This document shows, in pieces, positions 53,050-64,000 of a DNA stretch of 64,000 nt. Below the pieces are notes generated by a model that saw only the letters and a program-made list of their open reading frames with translations, had not been told where the DNA came from and ran no database searches. The stretch is from Eledone cirrhosa. Lineage: Eukaryota. The stretch covers positions 358,856,001 to 358,920,000 of the forward strand of contig OZ024743.1 in the NCBI GenBank assembly GCA_964016885.1, given 5' to 3'. A program made the position numbers and the translations under genes. Each line of letters starts with the position of its first letter. Position 1 is the stretch's first letter.

Positions 53050-53441
53050 TCCTTTGTCAGTGTTGAACAAATGAGCAACGATGGTTGCTGGACACTGTAC
53101 GGCTTAATTCGCGACGTTTGTTTACAAACACACCGAGCATTATAAAAAATGTTCGGTGAATCCATACGTACATATATATATATGTCTGCATGTATGTATA
53201 TATATATATATACATACTACTGTACGTCTGTATACATATATGTATGTACGTATACATACTTATATTTAAGTAACAGCCGTACTAAGAATGAGAAATGAAA
53301 TTTCGTTTCATTTTTTCCGTTTATCGTTTTCGGTACCCCGGCCGATTAACTCACTCGATATGCAAATTAGGCTGCTCAGCCGTTAATATGCGTAAGGAAA
53401 GTATATACTTTCAGACGTTCAACCATCTGGCAGGAAGGTAT

Positions 53442-53484
53442 ACGTTGCTGACGATAACTAATAAGCTTGAAACTAGTACAGCGT
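53442..53484 (+). ncRNA. Type I hammerhead ribozyme, array unit 4
   Basis: As unit 2. Confidence 0.8.
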
Positions 53485-53872
53485 TCCTTTGTCAGTGTTG
53501 AACAAATGAGCAACGATGGTTGCTAGACACTGTACGTCTTAATTCGGGATGTTTGTTTACAAACACACCGAGCATTATAATAAATGTTCGGTGAATCCAT
53601 ACGTACATATATATATGTGTGCATGTATGTATATATATATATACATACTACTGTACGTCTGTATACATATATGTATGTACGTATACATACTTATATTTAA
53701 GTAACAGCCGTACTAAGAGTGAGAAATGAAATTTCGTTTCATTTTTTCCGTTTATTGTTTTCGGTATCCCGGCCGATTAACTCACTCGATATGCAAATTA
53801 GGCTGCTCAGCCGTTAATATGCATAAGGAAAGTATATACTTTCAGACGTTCAACCATCTGGCAGGCAGGTAT

Positions 53873-53915
53873 ACGTTGCTGACGATAGCTAATAAGCTTG
53901 AAACTAGTACAACGT
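53873..53915 (+). ncRNA. Type I hammerhead ribozyme, array unit 5
   Basis: Stem I is fully Watson-Crick (acgttg/caacgt). Confidence 0.85.
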
Positions 53916-54241
53916 TCCTTTGTCAGTGTTGAACAAATGAGCAACGATGGTTGCTGGACACTGTACGGCTTAATTCGCGACGTTTGTTTACAAACACACC
54001 GAGCATTATAAAAAATGTTCGGTGAATCCATACGTACATATATATATATGTGTGCATGTATGTATATATATATATATACATACTACTGTACGTCTGTATA
54101 CATATATGTATGTACGTATACATACTTATATTTAAGTAACAGCCGTACTAAGAGTGAGAAATGAAATTTCGTTTCATTTTTTTTCCGTTTTTTATATATA
54201 TATATATTATATATATATATTATATATATATATTATATATA

Positions 54242-54304
<63 letters not shown>

Positions 54305-54417
54305 TATATATATATATATTATATATATATATATATTATATATATATATATTATATATATAGTAATAATAATAAATTGAAGACTAAAATTTTAATAAATA
54401 TATATATTATATATATA

Positions 54418-54481
<64 letters not shown>

Positions 54482-54614
54482 TATATATATATATATTATA
54501 TATATATTATATATATAATATATTATATATATATATTATATATATATTATATATATATATTATATATTATATATATATTATATATGTATTATATATATAT
54601 ATATTATATATATC

Positions 54615-56199
54615 TGATCTCAACATCCTGGACCGGACCGAACCTCTGGACCCTATTTCTCCCCACTTTACCCTGAAGGATCACAAATCCAATTTTCCGA
54701 ACAACCCCTCCATTCGGCTTATTAACCCTACGAAGTCCGATTTAGGTAGACTTAGTAAAACGATTCTTGATAGAATTATACCTGAAATTAGAAGTTTGGC
54801 CCCTCTTGCACTGTCGAACAATTCTTTCGCGCTGATTGATTGGTTCAACGGCATATGTAACAAGGAACATTGCCGTTTTATCCAATTCGACATCAACAAT
54901 TACTACTCCTCCATCACTTTACTACTTCTCCTTAGAGCTATTAATTTCGATAAAACACTCACAGTGGTTAAGGATTTCGAAGTTGATGTCATCCTCAATG
55001 CCCGAAAGTCGGTGATTAATTTCGACGACTCTATTTGGATTAAAAAATCCAACAGTACCCTATTCGACGTGAGTATGGGCGCCAGTGATTCTGCGGAGGT
55101 TACTGATCTTATCGGCCTTTTCCTTCTTTTCTCTATCAAGGACGAATTCCCCAACGCGGGCGGTGGTTTGTACCGTGACGATGGTCTTTTGACCATGACT
55201 AAGTGCGGACCTCGTGCTTGCGACAGGTTCAGAAAAGAACTCACAGCCTTCTTTAAAGGCTTCAACCTTTCTATACAGGTTGAGGCCAATCTCTCGGTCG
55301 TTAATTACCTCGACGTTACCCTCAATTTATTGAATGGGTTGTATTACCCGTATGGAAAGCCGAATGATACGCTTAATTACATAAGTAAGCATTCCATCCA
55401 TCCTGCCAGCATAACCAAGAACCTGGTAAGAAACGTTTCGTTGAGGCTTTCCCGTCTTTCCACCAACGAGCGTATTTTCAACGACAATTCCACTTATTAC
55501 AATGAAGCTCTTGCTCGAAGTGGATTTGTCGATAAGGTAGCATATACAGAGTACGAAAATAGACCTAGAAGAAATAGATCCCGTCGCATTTGTTGGTATA
55601 ACCCACCATATAATATGGAGGTGGCCACACCATTAGCTAAGATCTTTCTTTCCCTTATTACGAAGCATTTTCCCCCTACACATAAGTATAGTAAAATTTT
55701 TAATAGAAATACTATTAAAATTTCTTACTCTACGACTCCTAACCTTGCACATAACATCACAGCTTCAAATTTAGCTAAACTACCTGGCCGTAGGAACACG
55801 TGCAACCCTGTAGTTAGTACTAAGTGTAATTGTAGCAATCGGGTTGATTGCCTCCTATCCGGGAAATGCCTCTCTAGTAACATTGTCTACAAATGTAAGG
55901 TTGTAACACCCACGTCCCGTAGGGCCTACATAGGGTTAACCGCCAATAGATTCAAGCAGCGTCTTTACATGCATACCCATTCTTTTCGTTACCCTCTAAG
56001 AAGGAATATGACGTCACTTTCAGCTTATATCTGGAGTCTAAAAGACAACCACACCCAATATAAGTTACACTGGGAGATCCTAGCTAGGGTTAGATCGTAT
56101 AACGGAAATAAAAGATCATGTGACCTCTGCGCCGTTGAGGCCCTGAAAATACTCTACGCCACAGACCACATCTTAAACAAAAAATCTGAGGCAATTTAG
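54615..56199 (+). CDS. PLE reverse transcriptase + Cys-rich linker + GIY-YIG endonuclease (N-terminally truncated)
   Basis: TLKDHK..RLINPTKSDLG, QFDINNYYSSI, GGLYRDDGL, NYLDVTL, WYNPPY, KCNC..CLLSGKC..IVYKC..YIGLT..RF..H, CDLCAVE. The true frame starts after the TA tract. Confidence 0.9.
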
Positions 56200-57192
56200 G
56201 CTTGTAAACATAAATTGCACAAAACTTTCCTGTATTACAGCCCCACGTTATACCCTAACGGATAGTACGATTTATACGTGGATATTTTACGTCTTGATGT
56301 GGGAGCTAAGTATATGTTTTGTTTATACCATTACTTATTTGCATAGGCAAGTATATATTACCCGTATGTTTTGTGAAGGTACGTATACCTTCTCGTACGT
56401 ATATTTGATTGTTTATATTATGGCGTATAATTTTATATATTTTGGTACATATGGTTTGGCTATGTGTATACGGGAGTTTTGCGTCTGTGTGAGTATGCAG
56501 GTTCGTACGTATGTAGGGTGTGTGTATATGTGTACTTCATGTTTTAGTTGACTTACGTCTCCGAACATTCGTGTATTTACATGTAGGTATGTGTGTGCGT
56601 TTGTTATATACGTATTTATTTATTTATATACGTTTATATAATTATTTATTTATTTGTAAACACGCATACACACACACATATTTATATTGCGTGGTTTTGT
56701 ATACCGATGGTAAGTGTCCTGCGTATGCTTGTGTATGTACGTATTTGTTTGCGTGTATGCATTTATTTATTTCTATTACTTCTGTATTGTATTTATTTAC
56801 TTTGTTCTTAACTCTGTAGCAGAGATTCATTTGGTCTCCTGGTTAGAATTTTAGTCTACGACTTCTGCTATACCATTTACGTCGTTTTGTCTTTGCGTGC
56901 TATTGTTCTCTACATATGACGTATTATCTTCGTTTTTTTCGTTCATTGCCAGAGAACGTCTCTATGAACCACCTAAGAGAACATTAGTCTACGACCTCTT
57001 TTATACCATAAACGTGGTTCTGTCTTTGCGCGTAATTGTTTTTCACTGCTCCTATTAATTACGTATTATATTCGTTTTTTTCCGTTCTTTGCCAGCGAAC
57101 ATTTCCACGAACCAAAGTATCGTCTTCCTGTCTTCCTCCGGTTGCAACGTTTTTTGAAATATCCACTTCTGCGTTTACAGATTGACTTTGTT

Positions 57193-57243
57193 AGTTTCAG
57201 AAGATCCCGTTAAGGGTGAAAGCAGCGATTCTTTGCTTAAACT
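57193..57243 (+). ncRNA. Hammerhead-like motif with a variant core CAGAAGA (family B)
   Basis: agttt-CAGAAGA-t ccc gttaa ggg t-GAAAGCAG cgattct TTGCTT-aaact; the same core is at ~6091. Confidence 0.55.
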
Positions 57244-57428
57244 TTAATCTGTTATTTTAATAAATATTTGCTCTACGGTTCTTATATATTTGATATATAT
57301 TTATCCTTATCGAGCCCTCTTTGGATTTTAGTCTTCAAATTTATTATTATTACTATATATAAATATATATATATAAATATATATATAAATATATATATAA
57401 TTATATATATATATAAATATATATTATT

Positions 57429-57461
<33 letters not shown>

Positions 57462-57559
57462 AATATATATATATAATTATATATATATATAAATATATAT
57501 TATTATATATATAAATATATATATATATATAAATATATATATAATTATATATATATATT

Positions 57560-57592
<33 letters not shown>

Positions 57593-57768
57593 AATAATAT
57601 ATGAATACACACACGTATACATATGTATATGTAACAAGTCTTTCACTGGTTGCTTTACTGTGAGCACCCAGCTATTCTGTATGTAAACACACAGACAAAC
57701 CGGTTTTTAGAGTCATACTGGTTTTTGAGGGAACACCTTCCCTCTATTCTCCAGAAAGCCAGACAAGG

Positions 57769-57813
57769 AATATTGAACTAGTTTCGTTGTTGTTACAACT
57801 CATCAGCAATATT
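57769..57813 (-). ncRNA. Type I hammerhead ribozyme (inverted copy)
   Basis: Exact reverse complement of 57962-58006. Confidence 0.85.
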
Positions 57814-57961
57814 TACCTATCTACCGGCCCTTCTGGAGAATTGTAAAAGCACATATCGTTATATGCTTTTTCTATGAAAATTAGTAGTGGGCAGACTAAT
57901 TTGCATAGAGTGTGAGTACGCACCGGTTCAGCGGAGACGATAAAAACAAATGACGAAACGA

Positions 57962-58006
57962 AATATTGCTGATGAGTTGTAACAACAACGAAACTAGTTC
58001 AATATT
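57962..58006 (+). ncRNA. Type I hammerhead ribozyme
   Basis: aatattg-CTGATGA-gttgt aaca acaac-GAAAC ta GTT-caatatt; perfect 7-bp stem I. Confidence 0.9.
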
Positions 58007-58430
58007 CCTTGTCTGGCTTTCTGGAGAATAGAGGGAAGGTGTTCCCTCAAAAACCAGTATGACTCTAAAAACCGATTTGTCTGTGTGTTTACATACAGAA
58101 TAGCTGGGTGCTCACAGTAAAGCAACCAGTGAAAGACTTGTTACATATACATATGTATACGTGTGTGTATTCATATACACACTAGTATTTCAGTATGCAT
58201 ATGTAGATGTAATTTTTTTAAACTTAATTGTTTAAGCGTCAGTCATACAAAAGTGAGTTACAAACGAAACGAAATTTAATTTCGTTTCGTCATTTGTTTT
58301 TATCGTCTCCGCTGAACCGGTGCGTACTCACACTCTATGCAAATTAGTCTGCCCACTACTAATTTTCATAGAAAAAAGCATATAACGATATGTCCTTTTA
58401 CAATTCTCCAGAAGGGCCGGTAGATAGGTA

Positions 58431-58475
58431 AATATTGCTGATGAGTTGTAACAACAACGAAACTAGTTCAATATT
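58431..58475 (+). ncRNA. Type I hammerhead ribozyme
   Basis: Identical to 57962-58006. Confidence 0.9.
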
Positions 58476-58800
58476 CCTTGTCTGGCTTTCTGGAGAATAG
58501 AGGGAAGGTGTTCCCTCAAAAACCAGTATGACTCTAAAAACCGGTTTGTCTGTGTGTTTACATACAGAATAGCTGGGTGCTCACAGTAAAGCAACCAGTG
58601 AAAGACTTGTTACATATACATATGTATACGTGTGTGTATTCATATACACACTAGTATTTCAGTATGCATATGTAGATGTAATTTTTTTTAACTTAATTGT
58701 ATAAATATATATATATATATATAAATATATATATAAATATATATATATATAAAAATATATATATAATTATATATATATATATATAAATAAATATATATAT

Positions 58801-58837
<37 letters not shown>

Positions 58838-59026
58838 AATATATATATAAATATATATATATAAATATATATATAAATATATAAATATATATATATATAA
58901 ATAAAAATATATATATAAATATTTCCTCAGGGAAATAACAACCCAACCAGGAACTGGGCATATCAGAGTATTGACAAAGCTAAACACCTCAACAACACGT
59001 GTACTCGTCTTACCACACTAATTCGG

Positions 59027-59081
59027 ACTGCCTGAAGAGATCACAGCCAAAGATGGATTTCACCGAAATATATATAGCAGT
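59027..59081 (+). ncRNA. Type I hammerhead ribozyme (family H)
   Basis: actgc-CTGAAGA-irregular stem II-GAAAtatata TA-gcagt. Confidence 0.6.
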
Positions 59082-59210
59082 AATTAACGAAGCCAAATTT
59101 TAAACATTTGACTTATTTATTTCATACTCCGGAGTAACCAAACCAACCTTCCCACAACGTCGAGTGCTCCAATCTGCATACTAGGTGTTGGTTTACAACC
59201 AACATATACT

Positions 59211-59301
<91 letters not shown>

Positions 59302-59522
59302 AATAAATATATATATAAATATATAGTTAAAAGAATAGAGGTGTAACACACAAGTTATTATATATTGGTAAACGGAATAAAAAATGCTGACAAATTGTTC
59401 ACAGTTGAAAAATGGTTTAATTAGGAATAAAAGAGTATTAGTGATTGTATGGGTCAGTATTCAGTAATGGTTTCATTCTTTAAGGGTATGTCAATAGTAA
59501 TTTATAAAACTGCTCTATATTA

Positions 59523-59587
59523 TATTTTATCTGATGAAAGCACACCATAATTTAACTTGGTGTCCTTGAAATATGTATAATGAAATA
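59523..59587 (+). ncRNA. Type I hammerhead ribozyme (family D)
   Basis: Homologous to 18951-19013; stem II varies as cacca/tggtg versus tacca/tggta. Confidence 0.75.
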
Positions 59588-59729
59588 AATATGGGTTTAT
59601 AAATATAGTTTCCATTTGTTAATATCGTATATTTACTCCAATTATTTGTTGAGTGCTTTATATCAGTTATAAAAATATTTGCTTGTTGTATCCCAACAAT
59701 TTAAATATAATTTTTACATATAAATATAT

Positions 59730-62700
59730 ACAATGGACAAACACAACAAAAACAACAACAACAACAGCCACAACAACAGCCACGACAACAACAACAGCAA
59801 GAAAGCCAGGAGCAACCACTACTGAATTCAAGCATAATCGCTGAATTACTAAATGACAGTATCACTCAGCCACTCACTCAGCCATCATTATCGCCATCAC
59901 CATCACCACCGTCACCATCTCCTGCAACACCTACACCTTCTGCCACACCAACTGCTAGTAATGGACCACTGCTCTCTCTCCCACCACAGTTGTCATCATC
60001 ATCATCACCACCAATGCTTTCTTCCCCCACATCACCACCATAGCCATGCCATAGTCAAAAGAACTATAAAAAAAAAGTTCTATGGAGCTGTATGCACCTC
60101 CCACTACACATACTAGAAACCCCAAATATGCCGCTACTCACTACGCCAGAGGCTATGCACACGTAGCGACTGTATACACCCATTTACCCATTTACCAGGT
60201 ACTAGGCGCCCTAACACTGCCAGCCATCACCAAAGCCCGCTGCCTGCACGTATAGGTCGCAGTCCCAAAATCTGCCATCATTCCCAACGTGAGAGGCTAT
60301 GTCTGCTGACTGACTGTCCCTTCACTCATCTTCCTGGGACACAACGCACGAACAGAAAAGGGGCTTCATGCCAACCCACAAACCACAATAAAGCCACCCC
60401 CTGCTGCGGTAATGTTGCTCCAGTCTCCTCACAAAGACATGATTACAACGACAAAAGTAATGCTGCTCCAGTCTTGTCACAAAGACACGATCACAACAAC
60501 AACAAATACAACAACAAAAATAACGCTGCTCCAGTCTTTTCACAAAGACACAATTACAACAAATACAACAACAACAACAAAAGAGGGAACTGCAACCCTA
60601 TCCAATGTTGTAACCACAAATCCAATCAAAAACTGCTCCCTGAACAAAAAGAAAATCTTCCTTTTTTAGCCATGAACCTGGCAAAAGAGATAGAGAAAAA
60701 CATTTTAGCCATCACCCAACACCAACCTTGCTGTCAATAACACACAATCACAAAACAAGCCCCCTGCAACAGTCAAAACCAGCCACCAGCCTAGCCTCCA
60801 CATTCTTACTCAATACACAATGTATCAGCCCATCCATCAATGCACAGAAATGGAAGATCCAATTCATTGAGGATTGGGTTGGTAACCATCCATTTCACAT
60901 CCCCTTCTTCATTCTTACTGAGACCCACCTTGACAACTCCCACTTGGAGGCCGAAGTAAGAGTGAGAAATTTCACAACCATCCGTGCGGATCGTGTTGGC
61001 AGAAGGAAGGGTGGAACTGCCATTTTCCTGCATGATTCCTTTACGGCAGATGGCAACACAACATTCTCTAATGGATACTGTGAATCAGTCACTGTGCACA
61101 ATAAAGCCAATGACCTGACATTAGTTGGGCTCTATAGGCCGCCACAAACACCCATTATCTGTTTCAAAGAATGCCTCAACAGTATTAAATGCTTTATTAA
61201 ACAGTGCCATTCTAGCAACATACTTTTGATGGGAGACTTTAATCTACCCTGTGTCGATTGGTCTACATGTAGTTTGAAACCAGGCTCCACAGCCTCAACC
61301 ACTGACAAAGAGGCTGTCGAGTCACTTCTTGACTCCATGAATGAGTTTTTCTTGTCTCAACTTGTCCTTGCACCAACGAGGCATCAGAAGAACATTCTGG
61401 ATTTAGTGTTTAGTAACCACACTAACACTATACATAATATTACAGTGGAAAAAACCCTTCTCTCAGGCCATGACATGGTTATTTGTAACCTGAGATTCCA
61501 CCAGCCGAAAGCTAATCCCAGGGTCCTCTCTCCAGCCCACCCATTTGATAACATGGATCTCTACAATGCCAACTGGGATGCAATTATGAACGAACTATCA
61601 CATGTCGACTGGTCTTTTACACACGTACACACTTCCACCAACATCAAAACATCTTGGCAGATCTTTGTAGACACTGTCACAAATATATGTACAAAACACA
61701 CCCCTACCAAAACCTGTGAAAAAAACCAAGTGCAGTATCCCCCAAAACAGAAAAACAATTATCAGAAAAATAAAAAGAACAAACAAAAAAATTAACACAC
61801 TAAAATACTGCCAACAGCAACACACACATTCAATGACTATCACCCTGCTTGAGTCAAACAAATATAACCTCCAGCAATGCATGATGACCATCATCAATAA
61901 CCAAAGAATAGCTGAAGAGAGGTGGGCCATTGAGAAAATCAAACTCAACCCCAAAGTGTCATTCGCTAAAAACACAAGGTCACCGTCTCCACTGTTGCCC
62001 CCCCTCCCTATTTGATGAACATGGCACACTCCAGGACAATGCCAAAACCATGGGCGAGATACTGCAGAAACAATACTGCTCTGTTTTCAGCAACCCTGAT
62101 ATGGCCGATCTGGGCCGTATCAGTGATATTAACCCCCAACACACTATATCAGACATAACGTTTGGCGCGCGCCCCTGATGTCTTAGCGGCAATAAACGAA
62201 ATTAAACACAATTCAGCAGTAGGCCCCGACAGGTTCCCTGCTTGTGTCCTGAAGGTGTGTCGACACCAACTTGCAACTCCTCTTGCTAATCTGTGGAGGA
62301 ACTCACTGGCTATATTCCTGAAAACTTTCTGTCCCAGTCCGTTGTCCCAGTCTTCAAAAAGAGAAATAAGTCCCTTGCAGTGAACTACCGTCCGATCTCA
62401 CTCACATCTCATATTATCAAGGTATTTGAGAGGGTGGTGAGATCACGAATAACCCACTTTCTTGAAAGCAACGGCCTGCTGAACTCCAACCAACATGGGT
62501 TCCGTAATGGCAGGGACTGCCTAACGCAGCTCCTGCATCACTTTGACGATGTTTTGAGATCCTTGGGAGAGGGCTCCAACACTGATGTCATCTACGTTGA
62601 TTTCAGCAAGGCCTTCGACAGGGTTGATCATAAGATTCTACTGAAAAGACTATCCAATGTTGGTGTCTCTGGAAGGTTACTACAGTGGATCAAATGTTTC

Positions 62701-63810
62701 CTGACAGGCAGAACCTAGCATGTTGTAGTCGAAGGAGTAAAATCAAGCCCCGTAGTGGCGTCTCACAAGGCACTGTGTTGGGCCCACTTCTTTTCATCAT
62801 CTACATTAATGACATTACTGACATCATCAAACACAGTAACATCAGAATCTTCGCAGATGATTCCAAGCTCCAAAGGGTCATCAATGAGGTGGGTGACCGG
62901 ACTTGCCTTCAGTCAGACCTACTGGCTGTTATCCAATGAGCAGAGATGAATAATATGCTGTTGAATGAGGATAAATTTGAACTAATCCACTTTGGAAAAA
63001 AGGATGCTCTGAAACTACCATACTCTCTTCCTTCGGGTGAAACTCTAGTAGCTTCCAATAACATCAGAGACCTGAGAGTAATTGTGGACAACAATATAAG
63101 CTGGGCCACTCATATAAACAGCAAAGTTGATATGGCCCGCAGAATGTGTTCCTGGATTCTCAGAACTTTCCAATCTAGAGATATCCACACTGTTGTCCTA
63201 CTCTTCTCCACATTTGCCCGACCCCACCTTGAATACTGTTGTCCACTGTGGTCACTCCACACGAAACAAAGTATCATGAAAGTTGAAGCACCCCAAAGGT
63301 CAATTACAAAAAAGATAGTTGGCATGACAGGCCTTGACTATTGGGGTCGATTAGAAAAGCTCAAACTTTATTCTCTTCAACGTCGCTGTGAGCGCTACAT
63401 TATCTGTATGATGTGGAAAATATTCCATCAGCTTAGCCCAAATGATGTTGGCATCACCTTTAGTGTAAACCCAAGGCTTGGGCCCCGTGCTATCCGCCCA
63501 CGACAAAAATCCCACTCGCATCACATAACAACAATACGGCACAATTATTTCACCTCAATTGGCCCTGCAATCTTTAACATTACACCAAAACACATCAAAG
63601 CAGAAACAGACCCCATTAAGTTCAAGAAGTCTTTGGATAAATTCAAGAAATCCCGGATAAGCCTCCTACACCCGGATATGCCTCCGTAAACAATAACTCT
63701 CTGCTCGAGTGGACCAAACACTGATTTGTAAGACTTCGACAGGTGGTGCTATTAAGTTAGACATGGCCTGGGCCAATACTGGCTGAAACCTATCAAAGTT
63801 ATCAAAGTTA
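59730..63810 (+). mobile_element. Near full-length decayed CR1/L2-group LINE: ORF1 remnant with CCCH fingers, APE-RT ORF2, short-repeat tail
   Basis: LTETHL, RADR..KGGT, YRPP, MGDFN, GHD; NYRPISLTS, DFSKAFD, QGTVLGP, FADD, RPHLEY; tail tatcaaagt x2 runs into (TA)n. Confidence 0.9.
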
Positions 63811-64000
63811 TATATAAATATATATATATAAATATATATATATAAATATATATATAAATATAAATATAAATATATATATAAATATATATAAATATATATA
63901 TATATAAATATATATATAAATATATCTAAATATATCTAAATATATATATAAATATATATATATATAAATATATGTATATATATATATATATATATAAATA

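Larger units (their letters stand above)
52047..54190 (+). mobile_element. Retrozyme-like tandem array: 5 x ~433-bp units, one hammerhead each
   Basis: HHRs start at 52143, 52576, 53007, 53442 and 53873: acgttg-CTGACGA-tagct aata agctt-GAAAC ta GTA-ca(g/a)cgt. Confidence 0.9.
54360..57355 (+). mobile_element. 5'-truncated Penelope-like element with long 3' UTR, HHR-like pLTR (family B) and a short inverted terminal copy
   Basis: ORF described below; 54361-54390 is the reverse complement of the 3' end (57325-57353); (TA)n on both flanks. Confidence 0.9.
57600..58690 (+). mobile_element. Second retrozyme-like repeat: 469-bp unit, ~1.55 direct copies preceded by an inverted partial copy
   Basis: HHRs at 57962-58006 (+), 58431-58475 (+) and 57769-57813 (-); octamer at 58337. 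Confidence 0.85.

Noticed and set aside
52429-53932. Repeated 68-aa ORF in the tandem array as a peptide gene family
   Set aside because: It has no recognisable domain and is not preserved in the related 469-bp family; the conservation is explained by RNA structure.
54154-54614. N-terminal 150 aa of the 681-aa ORF
   Set aside because: This is a TA tract that happens to be in frame; PLE homology starts at ~54615.
56197-56199. In-frame stop near the PLE C-terminus as a selenocysteine (Naiad-like) codon
   Set aside because: The codon is TAG, not TGA, and the GIY-YIG is C-terminal; comparison with 50519-51205 suggests a simple premature stop.

Overview
This is eukaryotic, repeat-dense, AT-rich genomic DNA. 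The (TA)n/(CA)n/(GA)n load and the Nin-domain tRNA-SINEs suggest a cephalopod such as octopus, but that is an inference. Only one host coding exon is recognisable: 8786-9552 (+), a type II membrane protein of probable glycosyltransferase family 92 type that ends at a GT donor. The remaining ~54 kb appears intronic. It contains several Penelope-like elements (PLEs, RT + GIY-YIG), two decayed CR1/L2-type LINEs, RTE fragments, many SINEs, small MITEs and minisatellites. The most notable signal is RNA-level: about 20 type I hammerhead ribozyme (HHR) motifs can be read directly from the sequence. They include a 5-copy tandem array of ~433-bp units, each with one HHR and (in units 2-5) an intact upstream ATGCAAAT octamer, which looks like a non-LTR retrozyme/circRNA locus. 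A related 469-bp HHR repeat lies on the other side of a near-intact PLE. Several HHRs have a compensatory U3-A8 core, and many short HHR-bearing elements sit in (TA)n tracts with fold-back ends. Most ORFs in the supplied track are microsatellite translations. All coordinates were read by eye and may be off by a few bases.
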